Shown here piece by piece: positions 55,249 to 64,000 of a stretch of 64,000 nucleotides of DNA. The notes below the pieces were generated by a model. It was not told where the DNA came from. It made no database searches and was given only the letters and a program-made list of their open reading frames with translations. This DNA comes from a virus (lineage: Duplodnaviria > Caudoviricetes): IMG/VR virus record IMGVR_UViG_3300034101_006325, positions 96,001 to 160,000 of that record, one strand, 5' to 3'. Both the position numbers and the translations under genes were made by a program. The first letter of the stretch is position 1. Each line of letters opens with the position of its first letter.

Positions 55249-56394
55249 CTAACAAATAATTCCTCCGATGTCTGAAAGTACATTGAGATATTTCTTTGAA
55301 TAAAAATTACCAGAATGAACGCTGGCTAGAGGATAAATTTCATTTTCAAATTCGGCAATACCATAGTTTAAAGCTGATTTAAAGCTTCTAATTGCATTAT
55401 CTAATTGATAATATTCTTTTGATTTTTCTTTTGAGTTTGGTATTTTAATTGAAATTTGATTTTGACCTAGTCTTTGAATTCTTTTTCTTATAGTCTCTTC
55501 GATTAAGTTATTTTCTGATTCTATAATTTTTTGCTGTAAATTTTTGATATGATTGTCAACAAAAATTGATCGATTATTTATCAATATTCCTTCTTTTGAT
55601 AGACTGATTTTTTCGATTCTTTTTAAGTTTTCTATTGATATGTTGCTTATTAAATTTCCTTTTTGGGTATTGATGACATCAGAATTGCAACAAACAGCTA
55701 TGTCATTAAGCAGATTAATTCCTTCTAAATCAAATTTAACTGCTATTGGAATAATTTTTAGAGTTTTTCTATCAAAATTAACTTTTAAAGTATGAATAAC
55801 TTCATCAGAAAAACCTCTGGCAAAAATTACATAGTATTCTTCTGTCTTTGCAGTCAATTCAAGAAAATGATGAATTTCAGAAACTGATTCTACAAAACCG
55901 TCTATCAAAGAAACTTTGACATCAAAAAATAAATTTTCTTTGATTAAAAATAACGAAGTTATTCCTTCGAAAAAGAAACCATTAGTAACTTCAATATAAG
56001 AAGTATTTGAATTAGAAGTATCTAAAGTTATCTTGGAATGTATTGAAGATAATTTAATTGATTCTAAAATCAAATTTTTAAGTTTGGCGTCGCCAATTTT
56101 AACGATATGATCAATATCATTTTTTTTAAAAAGTCTAGATCTATAATTTTGTGTATTGATATTTTTTATATTTTCAAAAAAAAATTTTGAAGAATAAGGA
56201 GAAGTTCTTTCAGAACAGATCAAATGCTCTGATAAAATATCAAAAATAACTTTTTGTGGAATTGTTAGAGAATTTCTAAGACTTTTTAAGTTTTGTAAAT
56301 TAATTCTATCATCTTTAAAAGAAGATTCTATTACTAGATTTTCAATAATCTTCTTTTCTTTATTGATAAATTCTTGTTTGTATAGATTTTCCAC
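55249..56394 (-). CDS. Degenerate GroEL/chaperonin-like protein (apical and intermediate domains)
   Basis: IFARGFSDEVIHTLKVN..RKTL; LLNDIAVCCNSDVI; ETIRKRIQRL; LDNAIRSFKSALNYGI; no GDGTTT motif; GTG start. Confidence 0.65.
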   Translation of the reverse strand: MENLYKQEFINKEKKIIENLVIESSFKDDRINLQNLKSLRNSLTIPQKVIFDILSEHLICSERTSPYSSKFFFENIKNINTQNYRSRLFKKNDIDHIVKIGDAKLKNLILESIKLSSIHSKITLDTSNSNTSYIEVTNGFFFEGITSLFLIKENLFFDVKVSLIDGFVESVSEIHHFLELTAKTEEYYVIFARGFSDEVIHTLKVNFDRKTLKIIPIAVKFDLEGINLLNDIAVCCNSDVINTQKGNLISNISIENLKRIEKISLSKEGILINNRSIFVDNHIKNLQQKIIESENNLIEETIRKRIQRLGQNQISIKIPNSKEKSKEYYQLDNAIRSFKSALNYGIAEFENEIYPLASVHSGNFYSKKYLNVLSDIGGIIC

Positions 56395-56429
56395 AAATCT
56401 ATATTTTAACTATTGATATAATATGTACA

Positions 56430-56963
56430 CTATTTTAATATAACAAAAGTGTAAATAACTTTAAACATTACTGTAATTATTCCACCTCCAACTGCTGCTA
56501 AAAACCATTTAGCTAAACCTACAGTTGAAGTTTTAAACTTATCTAAGTTTTCTATAGAATTTTGTATATCATTAATCTTTAAATTAAATTTATCACCATT
56601 ATTTTCATTTTGTTCAAATAATTTTTCTTTTTGTTCTTTCCACGATGACAGTTCAACAACTTGCTTTTCAACTTCTGAAATTGAAGCATTTTGATCAACT
56701 TTATTTATAGTGATTCTGGCAAAAAGTCCATCGTCTGGGTCGTAGATTGCATCATGAATTTTATCAACTTTATTGGCAATAATATTTTGATTATTTTCAA
56801 TACTGTCAATTTTATACAACAATTTATCAAAGCCGCCATTTAAAGCTGCACTTCTTTCAAGTTTTTGTTGTATATTTTGAAGAAGACGTTGTGAGATGAT
56901 AGGATCTTCTTCACTGTCATCATGAATAAATTTTTGAGCCTGACGAACAGTTTTTTTGTTCAT
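56430..56963 (-). CDS. Coiled-coil protein with a C-terminal transmembrane anchor
   Basis: ATG 56963; hydrophobic WFLAAVGGGIITVMFKVIYTFVIL. Confidence 0.65.
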   Translation of the reverse strand: MNKKTVRQAQKFIHDDSEEDPIISQRLLQNIQQKLERSAALNGGFDKLLYKIDSIENNQNIIANKVDKIHDAIYDPDDGLFARITINKVDQNASISEVEKQVVELSSWKEQKEKLFEQNENNGDKFNLKINDIQNSIENLDKFKTSTVGLAKWFLAAVGGGIITVMFKVIYTFVILK

Positions 56964-57078
56964 TTTCTTCTCTTTTAAATATAAGTTGAACATTAAAATT
57001 TCTTAGATATTTTATAAATTTTTATTAAATAAAATTTACTAAATATACTAAATTTAAATAATAAGAGTAAGAGATAGT

Positions 57079-58995
57079 ATGACTAATCTAAATTTTAAAG
57101 AAAATATTTTTGGTGTTAAGAGTAAGCTGGATCCAGAGGCTCATGTAATTGTTGTCGCAGATTTATTTGTAGAAGATTATGTGGGAGGAGCGGAATTAAC
57201 CACTGAAGCCTTAATCAATACTTCTACATTAAAAATTCAAAAAGTTAGAAGCAGAGATGTCAACATAGAAATGCTTCGTGAAGGAGTTTCCAAGTTTTGG
57301 GTATTTGGAAATTTTGCGGGTCTTAACCCTCAATTATTACCAACAATTATTGGTAATCTTAAATATACAGTTCTTGAATACGATTACAAGTATTGCAAAT
57401 ATCGATCCCCAGAAAAACATTTGTCAGTTACAAAATCTTCATGTGACTGTCATGAACAAATGAATGGCAAGTTGGTTTCAGCATTTTATTATGGTGCCAC
57501 TTGCTTATGGTGGATGTCGGAAGCTCAAAAAGAAAAGTATCACAGCATTTTTCCTTTCCTGGCGGAAAAATCAAACATAGTTTTGTCCAGCGTTTTTTCT
57601 AGAGAAACACTCGGAAGAATTAAGTTTCTTAGAGAAAAGTTTAAAAATGAAGAAAAGAAAGGGTGGATTGTCCTAGGATCTGATTCATGGATCAAAGGCG
57701 CAGATGCTGCAAAGAATTGGTGCGAAGAAAACAATAAAGATTATGAGGTTGTGTGGGGATTATCTTATGAAGAACTTTTGGCAAAATTGTCAGTATCAGA
57801 AGGATTTGTTTATCTACCCCTTGGAAAAGATACATGCCCCCGCATGGTTATAGAAGCAAAGTTGTTAGGATGCAATCTTCATCTTAATGAAAATGTCCAG
57901 CATAAAGACGAAGAGTGGTTTAATACTGACAATCTAGACGAGATAGAAGAATATCTTTATGCTGCGCCAGATTTATTTTGGAATGCAATAAGGACAATAA
58001 TAAGTTATAAGCCAAAGATAAGTGGTTACACGACAGTTTATAATGCAGAATCGCAAGGTTATCCTTTTGTTGAGACTGTTAAGTCTATGTTAGGATTTTG
58101 TGATGAAGTATGCGTTTTGGACGGAGGGTCAACAGACAACACGTACAGCATTCTTCAAGAATTAGCAAAAAATGACGACAGAATAAAATTGTCTGTACAT
58201 AGAATTAACTTTGAATCACCCGACTATGCTAGAGAATCAGACGGGATGCAAAAAGCAAGAGCAAGAGATCTTTGTACGGGAGAATTTTGTTGGCAAATGG
58301 ATTGTGATGAAGTAGTACACGAAGAAGATTATGAAAAAATCATAGACCTTTGCAAAAAATTTCCAAATGGTATAGATCTAGTCTGTCTTCCTGTGGTTGA
58401 ATATTGGGGAGGACCTAACAAAGTAAGAGCTGATATTATGCCATGGAAGTGGCGTTTAAGTAGAAATAAGAAGAACATTACACATGGTGTCCCAAGAGAT
58501 GCTTCTTTGTTAGGTGAAAATAATTTAATATCAAGCGATGGCTGTGACATTGTGGACAGAGAAACAAATGAAAGAATTCAAAGCATTAATTTTTACAATG
58601 CTCAGATTGACACGATACGAAGAATGGCTGTTTCAGGTAACGCCGAGGCATTGAGCAAATATGAGACTTGGTACAATGCAGTCTCAGAAAATATACCTAC
58701 AGTATATCATTACAGCTGGTATGACATGGAAAGAAAAATTAGACTTTATAAAAATTATTGGTCTAAATTTTGGATAAATCTCGTTGGTAAGCAATACGAA
58801 GACACCGCAGAAAACAATATGATGTTTGATGTTCCTTGGCATCAAGTAACAGACGAGATGATTAAGGAAAGAGCGAAGGAATTTTCTGACAAATTAGGCG
58901 GCTGGATTTGGCATAGAAAATGGGACGGAGCTACAATCACACATTCTGTGAATATAAAAAGATCTCAGCCAAAGATCATGTTGGAGAAAAAATGA
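57079..58995 (+). CDS. Two-domain glycosyltransferase (GT-B-like N-terminus, GT2 C-terminus)
   Basis: FVYLP...DTCPRMVIEAKLLG; ISGYTTVYNA; VLDGGSTDNT; WQMDCDEV. Confidence 0.8.
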   Translation: MTNLNFKENIFGVKSKLDPEAHVIVVADLFVEDYVGGAELTTEALINTSTLKIQKVRSRDVNIEMLREGVSKFWVFGNFAGLNPQLLPTIIGNLKYTVLEYDYKYCKYRSPEKHLSVTKSSCDCHEQMNGKLVSAFYYGATCLWWMSEAQKEKYHSIFPFLAEKSNIVLSSVFSRETLGRIKFLREKFKNEEKKGWIVLGSDSWIKGADAAKNWCEENNKDYEVVWGLSYEELLAKLSVSEGFVYLPLGKDTCPRMVIEAKLLGCNLHLNENVQHKDEEWFNTDNLDEIEEYLYAAPDLFWNAIRTIISYKPKISGYTTVYNAESQGYPFVETVKSMLGFCDEVCVLDGGSTDNTYSILQELAKNDDRIKLSVHRINFESPDYARESDGMQKARARDLCTGEFCWQMDCDEVVHEEDYEKIIDLCKKFPNGIDLVCLPVVEYWGGPNKVRADIMPWKWRLSRNKKNITHGVPRDASLLGENNLISSDGCDIVDRETNERIQSINFYNAQIDTIRRMAVSGNAEALSKYETWYNAVSENIPTVYHYSWYDMERKIRLYKNYWSKFWINLVGKQYEDTAENNMMFDVPWHQVTDEMIKERAKEFSDKLGGWIWHRKWDGATITHSVNIKRSQPKIMLEKK

Positions 58996-59348
58996 AAAAT
59001 ATCCATGAGTCAATCAGTAATCTTTTGACTGTTAAATTAAATTCATACAAAGAAAAATCCCTTAATAAAGAAATTTGCATAAAAATATATCAGGATATAT
59101 TTGATTGTTTTGTCAATTTATTTCAAGAATCAAATATCAAAATTTCAAATGAATCAATGAATTTATTATCACAAATGTATTATGACGCTGTCAAGATTAA
59201 TTCAACGCAGGATCTAGATCCAGGAATCTTTGATAAAAGAGCATCAATAAAAAATATTGAAACCAAAGAATTGGCTCTTTTAGCAACTATGTTAAATGGT
59301 ACTGTTTTTTCTGAACCTATAATTTATGAGATAAAGAGGCGATCTTGA
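58992..59348 (+). CDS. Hypothetical protein
   Basis: ATG 58992 in an ATGA overlap with the GT stop; SD GGAG. Confidence 0.7.
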   Translation: MKNIHESISNLLTVKLNSYKEKSLNKEICIKIYQDIFDCFVNLFQESNIKISNESMNLLSQMYYDAVKINSTQDLDPGIFDKRASIKNIETKELALLATMLNGTVFSEPIIYEIKRRS

Positions 59349-60193
59349 TAATTGTCACAAATGACTACGGATGTGGCACATCTTCATCTATAATAGACTA
59401 CAATTTACAAAATTATTGCATAGTATCAGAAGAAAATTGGGAACATGTTTTTGATTTAGATGATGATGTTCTTTTGGTAGGTCATGATTTTCTTTTCTAC
59501 ATGTGGGATACACAAGAAAAAGTAGAAAGATGGAAGAAATTTCAACATGCTAAAATTTTATGGTGTTTTGAAAGAGTAGATGCCATATTTGCCGAATGGC
59601 TGGCAAAAAGTCATTTTAGCATAAAAATGGCATCACAATTTGTTGATTCCATCTATGCTTGCGATGAAGATGATTGCAACAAATATGGATTTAAATGGTT
59701 GCCTCAGTGGGCATCAAATAAATTTTATGAAAAAAGAGGCATTAATCCTACAAAAGGAAACACCATACTCTTTAGCGGCCAAGCAGGAAAAATTGAATAC
59801 AAACCAAGAACTGCTCTTCTGCAACAAATTTTTCATGACAAAGATATTAAAGATTTGTTTTATATTAGCAACATAACAAGAGAACTGACATGGGATCAAT
59901 ACATTGACAACTTTCTTAGTTATAAAATAATACTAAACCCCGTGGGAACTCTTAAGGCATTAAACACAAGAGCTTATGAAGCTCTTTATTCAGGAAGAAT
60001 TCTTCTTCAACACACGGCAGGCGAATATAAAAGACACGAAGAAATGTTGTCAGAAACTCCTCATGTATTATTTTTTAAAAATTACGACGAATTAAAACAA
60101 AAAATAAAACAAATAGATTTGTGTAAAATAAATGCCGATTTAGCATTTAAAGACAATAATCTTGTTGAACGTCTTCAAAGAATAAAAATTTAA
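59345..60193 (+). CDS. Glycosyltransferase, CgeB/GT-B-like
   Basis: LFSGQ; KIILNP..LNTRAYEALYSG; TTG start overlapping the upstream stop. Confidence 0.65.
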   Translation: MIIVTNDYGCGTSSSIIDYNLQNYCIVSEENWEHVFDLDDDVLLVGHDFLFYMWDTQEKVERWKKFQHAKILWCFERVDAIFAEWLAKSHFSIKMASQFVDSIYACDEDDCNKYGFKWLPQWASNKFYEKRGINPTKGNTILFSGQAGKIEYKPRTALLQQIFHDKDIKDLFYISNITRELTWDQYIDNFLSYKIILNPVGTLKALNTRAYEALYSGRILLQHTAGEYKRHEEMLSETPHVLFFKNYDELKQKIKQIDLCKINADLAFKDNNLVERLQRIKI

Positions 60194-60207
60194 TTATATA
60201 AAAATTC

Positions 60208-60822
60208 ATGACAAATCAATGGCAAAATTATTTAAACAGTAATTGCAAAATTATTGCAACAATATCGACAAAAAATAATGCAAATTCAATTTATGAATGC
60301 ATAAAAAAAACACTGCCGCATTTTGAGGCAGTGTTTGTTATAGACAATGGATCTTCTGACGATACTCAAAAAGAAATTTACAAATTTATAAGAAGAGAAA
60401 GAAGTAAAAATTTATTTATTTTTGATTATTCTCATAATAAACATTGGCAAACACTACCAGAAAGTGAAATACTTGACTTGTCAAGAATGAAAGCAAATGA
60501 GTTTATTGCTACATCTATGATTAATGTACCTCACTTGTGGGCATCTTTAAGACCTAACATTATGCTTGGCCCAAATACAAGAGAATTAATTTTAGAAAAT
60601 TGTTTTAATTGGACAAAGCCCGAATTAAATCATAATTTTTATAGAACATCAAATGGCAATTGGTCAGTGTCAATTACTTTTAAACAAGGAAAGCTGATGG
60701 TGGGACCAGATTCTGCCAATCCGGCTGAACCTTGCTTTTATTTAAAAAATGAAGAAAATATATTGAAAACAAAATTTGATGAAAGTCAACATTCGTCTAT
60801 TATAATTGGAGAAGAAGTATGA
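60208..60822 (+). CDS. GT2-like protein
   Basis: VFVIDNGSSDDT. Confidence 0.55.
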   Translation: MTNQWQNYLNSNCKIIATISTKNNANSIYECIKKTLPHFEAVFVIDNGSSDDTQKEIYKFIRRERSKNLFIFDYSHNKHWQTLPESEILDLSRMKANEFIATSMINVPHLWASLRPNIMLGPNTRELILENCFNWTKPELNHNFYRTSNGNWSVSITFKQGKLMVGPDSANPAEPCFYLKNEENILKTKFDESQHSSIIIGEEV

Positions 60823-61724
60823 GAATAATGGTAACTGGGGGCAGAGGTTTTATTGGCAGCCATTTTGTGGAATTAGCTCTTCAAAATAATCATACAATTA
60901 TTGATGTTGATTTAATGACATATTGTTCAAATAGTTCTCTTCCGTGGGATAATCATGAAAATTACAAACATCTTAAACAAGACATTGTTGATATTAAGCA
61001 TCTTCCCTTTTGTGATGTAGTTGTAAACTTTGCTGCAGAAACTCATGTTGATAATTCAATTACTTACTCTCTAGACTTTGCAAGAACTAATTTTAATGGA
61101 GTTCATAATCTTCTTAACCTCATTAGAGGAAAAGTTTATGAAAGGCCATATTTCGTCCAAATTAGCACGGATGAAGTTTATGGCGACATAAAAGAAGGAG
61201 AATTTAATGAGTCAAGTCCTTTAAAACCCTCCAATCCATATAGCGCAACCAAAGCAGCTGCGGAACATTTAGTGACCAGTTACTCAAGAACATATGGCAT
61301 CGATTATCTCATTACAAGAAGTTCAAACAATTACGGACCTCGCCAGTATGAAGAAAAGCTGATATCTAAAACAATTAGCTGTTTAAAAGAAAATAGAAAA
61401 ATTCCTCTTCATGGAGATGGGTCTTACCTTAGAGACTGGATTTATGTTAAGGATAATGCAAAAGCTATTCTTGAATTAGTTGAATCAAATATAAAAAATG
61501 AAACTTTTAATATTTCTGGCGATCTTCACCTGAGTAACAAAGAAGTCGTAATGCAAGTATGCAATTGGCTTGGTATTTCTAACTGGGAAGATCGTGTTGT
61601 TTACACTGAGAATAGGCTCGGGCAAGATTTAAGATATTCAATAACAAGTAATAAATTAAAAGAATTTGGAATTAGAATTCCTAAAAAAGAAAAATTGCAC
61701 AATTTTTTAGAGGATATTAAGTGA
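60819..61724 (+). CDS. rmlB: dTDP-glucose 4,6-dehydratase
   Basis: VTGGRGFIGSHFV; NFAAETHVDNSI; ISTDEVYG; PSNPYSATK; SNNYGPRQY.EKLI; RDWIYVKD. Confidence 0.9.
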   Translation: MRIMVTGGRGFIGSHFVELALQNNHTIIDVDLMTYCSNSSLPWDNHENYKHLKQDIVDIKHLPFCDVVVNFAAETHVDNSITYSLDFARTNFNGVHNLLNLIRGKVYERPYFVQISTDEVYGDIKEGEFNESSPLKPSNPYSATKAAAEHLVTSYSRTYGIDYLITRSSNNYGPRQYEEKLISKTISCLKENRKIPLHGDGSYLRDWIYVKDNAKAILELVESNIKNETFNISGDLHLSNKEVVMQVCNWLGISNWEDRVVYTENRLGQDLRYSITSNKLKEFGIRIPKKEKLHNFLEDIK

Positions 61725-62620
61725 GAAATTATTGCACTTTAGGAGATCACAGATACCTTCCACAGTTAATATGTCTGATCGATTCAATTATTGAAAATTT
61801 TAATCATGAATATAAAATTCATGTATTGTGTCTTGATGATAAAGTTTTTAATTGCTTAGATAAGAAATACAAAAATATAAATCTGTATCCAATCAATAAG
61901 ATTGAAGAAGATTTTAGCATTAAGGCTTTGAGATATCTTCCCGCAGGCCAAGAAGCAATTTCAAATGCTATGTCTTCCAATAAAGACCCGCAATTTGTTC
62001 AATTTTGCTGGGCTTTAGCTCCATGCTTTACCGATTGGGTTATGCAACGAATAAAACAGTCTTGCACGTATGTCGATGCAGATCTTTTTTTCTTCAATGA
62101 CACAAGTCAATTTTTTAATGAATTAGGAAAAAAATCAATAGGATTGGTTAGACATAGAATCGATTACATCTATACTAGTGGAGAATTTAATGTAGGAATT
62201 GTGCATTTTGAGCATGATGGTCCCGGCAGATCTGCACTAAAATTTTGGTGTGATGCAATGAAAAATCCTAGAAATCAATACTCTCTAGGCTATGGAACTT
62301 GCGGTGATCAAAAATATCTCGAAGCAATTAATTCCATTTATAGAGATGATGTTTCTATTGTTGATAAAAATTTTGGTCATCTCGCACCTTGGAATATAAC
62401 ATTTCATAAGTACGAAAATGATAAAATTATATGGAACAACACGCAGCAGGACTTGGTGTACTTCCATTTTGCTCACTTTGTAGTTGAAGAAAATGGTTAC
62501 AGAGGATCATATAAAAATGAATGGATATGGGGTGATCCTGTTAATCATGATTCTTATGTTAAAAAACTTTATGATCTTTATTATAAAAAAATGATTGAAT
62601 CCATCAAGGAGACTTTATGA
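61721..62620 (+). CDS. GT-A fold glycosyltransferase
   Basis: YVDADLFFF (DxD); FNVG; GDQKYLE; APWN; YFHF; GTG start. Confidence 0.7.
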   Translation: MRNYCTLGDHRYLPQLICLIDSIIENFNHEYKIHVLCLDDKVFNCLDKKYKNINLYPINKIEEDFSIKALRYLPAGQEAISNAMSSNKDPQFVQFCWALAPCFTDWVMQRIKQSCTYVDADLFFFNDTSQFFNELGKKSIGLVRHRIDYIYTSGEFNVGIVHFEHDGPGRSALKFWCDAMKNPRNQYSLGYGTCGDQKYLEAINSIYRDDVSIVDKNFGHLAPWNITFHKYENDKIIWNNTQQDLVYFHFAHFVVEENGYRGSYKNEWIWGDPVNHDSYVKKLYDLYYKKMIESIKETL

Positions 62621-63498
62621 AAATTTCTGCAGCAATGATTGTTTTAAACGGTGACCATGTGTTGCAACAATCTTTAGCAAGTATTTATAATTTTGTTGAT
62701 GAGATTGTAATTGCAGAAGGTCCTGTTAAATTTTGGCAGTCTAAAGGGATCACAAAATCTACAGACAACACATTGGAAATAATAAAAAGCTTTCATGACC
62801 CTTCCAGAAAAATCAAATTAATTTCTTCTCAATATGAAGAAAAGAACGAGCAATTCACGGCAGCATTAAATTTATTGTCAAGTAATCCAAATTATCTTCT
62901 ACAAGTCGATGCAGATGAGGTATGGACCGAAGAATCTTTAAAAAATCTTAAAAATTTATTACAAGATAGGCAACCAGTATCTGTAGGCATCCATTCAAAT
63001 ACTTTTGTTGGAGGATTTGACAGAGTCATCTCAGGCTTTGAAGAAAATACAGATAATTTTTTAAGAGTTTTTAAATGGGAAGATGAATGCAAATTTATAA
63101 CACATCGACCGCCAACTATTAGATACAAAGATGGCAATCAAACAAGAGGTAAAAATCACATAGATTCAGACGAAGCAAGAGATTATTACAATATCTCAAT
63201 GTGTCATTATTCTTATGTGTGGCCTTCTCAAGTCAAATCAAAAATAGAATATTACAAAGCTAAAGTCTCTATGCAAAATTGCATACCTGATTTTTATGAA
63301 AATTACTGGCTCCCGTGGACTAAATCAACAACAATTGAAGAAAAATGGGAAATTGAAAAAAGAATAATGGGAATGCATGAATTTAGACCTGAAGTTAGAG
63401 GACCAGCATTTACTAAAGAATTTAAAGGTACGCATCCAATACAAATTACCAACAATAAATTAAATTTATTAAATAGAATTAAGAAAGAAATAGAATAA
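62617..63498 (+). CDS. GT2-family glycosyltransferase
   Basis: ISAAMIVLNG; STDNTLEII; QVDADEVW. Confidence 0.75.
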   Translation: MKISAAMIVLNGDHVLQQSLASIYNFVDEIVIAEGPVKFWQSKGITKSTDNTLEIIKSFHDPSRKIKLISSQYEEKNEQFTAALNLLSSNPNYLLQVDADEVWTEESLKNLKNLLQDRQPVSVGIHSNTFVGGFDRVISGFEENTDNFLRVFKWEDECKFITHRPPTIRYKDGNQTRGKNHIDSDEARDYYNISMCHYSYVWPSQVKSKIEYYKAKVSMQNCIPDFYENYWLPWTKSTTIEEKWEIEKRIMGMHEFRPEVRGPAFTKEFKGTHPIQITNNKLNLLNRIKKEIE

Positions 63499-64000
63499 AT
63501 GGTTGCTTCATCTTATGCTATAGGAACAAATCCGTGGAATAGAGATGATATGATAAGTCATCTTAAAGAATTTTTAAATATTTATAAAAACAAACCAATA
63601 GATGACAACAGTGGGGGACAAAAAGCTGCTCAACTTTTTTATTCATGGTATGTTGTAAAAAAAATTAAACCAAAAATTATTATTGAAAGCGGAGTATTTA
63701 AGGGACAAGGAACATGGGCATTTGAACAAGCTTCACCCGAATCTGAACTAATATGTTTAGATCCGTATTTGGAAAAATGGGGCGGTTATAGATCAAAAAA
63801 ACCGCAATATCTTCAAAAAGATTTTAAAGAAATTAATTGGGACCACATTGAAGATAAATCTAATGTTTTGTGTTTTTTTGATGATCATCAAAATGCATTT
63901 AATAGAATAGTTCAAATGAAACTTTTTGGTTTTAAAGTTGCAATGTTTGAAGATAACTACCCAGAAGGGCATGGAGACTGTTTATCTTTAAAGAAAATAT
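63499..64000 (+). CDS. SAM-dependent methyltransferase-like protein, runs off the right edge
   Basis: Hand-translated from ATG 63499: ...KPKIIIESGVFKGQGTWAF...LICLDP...FFDDHQN; not in the ORF track. Confidence 0.6.
   Translation, partial: MVASSYAIGTNPWNRDDMISHLKEFLNIYKNKPIDDNSGGQKAAQLFYSWYVVKKIKPKIIIESGVFKGQGTWAFEQASPESELICLDPYLEKWGGYRSKKPQYLQKDFKEINWDHIEDKSNVLCFFDDHQNAFNRIVQMKLFGFKVAMFEDNYPEGHGDCLSLKKI

Noticed and set aside
1-64000. Alternative genetic code (stop-codon reassignment), common in some jumbo phages
   Set aside because: Core genes are full length under code 11, and TAA, TAG and TGA all end genes; the only in-frame stop inside a fold is one TAA at the SbcD/SbcC junction
1-64000. 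CRISPR array, tRNA or rRNA genes, diversity-generating retroelement
   Set aside because: No regularly spaced repeats; the only tRNA-like arm belongs to the tmRNA; no reverse transcriptase or TR/VR pair seen by eye. A tRNAscan-SE/minCED run would be the formal check

Overview
This window is part of a large T4-superfamily-like (jumbo/huge) dsDNA bacteriophage genome, using the standard genetic code, with most genes on the minus strand. From left to right it holds: (1) virion fibre and Ig-like proteins; (2) a complete one-piece tmRNA that the ORF track misses (7878-8249, tag ANDNGYVPVNLAA); (3) two convergent protein-kinase-like genes, plus pyrimidine-dimer glycosylase-like, HNH and HIGH-nucleotidyltransferase genes; (4) a three-gene exported cassette (CxxCH lipoprotein, lipoprotein, Tat substrate) of myxobacterial/planctomycete type; (5) a Hef-like endonuclease; (6) the head module (gp23 capsid, scaffold, gp21 protease, gp20 portal, gp17 terminase); (7) an apparently split SbcD/SbcC, primase, RuvC-like resolvase and gp4-like nuclease; (8) AT-rich baseplate-like structural genes; (9) PIN-PhoH, a stand-alone sigma region 4 protein, an Hc1-like protein, a DinG-like helicase, ClpP and a degenerate GroEL; (10) a plus-strand glycosylation cluster running off the right edge. 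Family assignments come from motifs recognised by eye, not from database searches. Several start codons were corrected from the ORF track. No CRISPR array, tRNA, rRNA, intron or intein was found.
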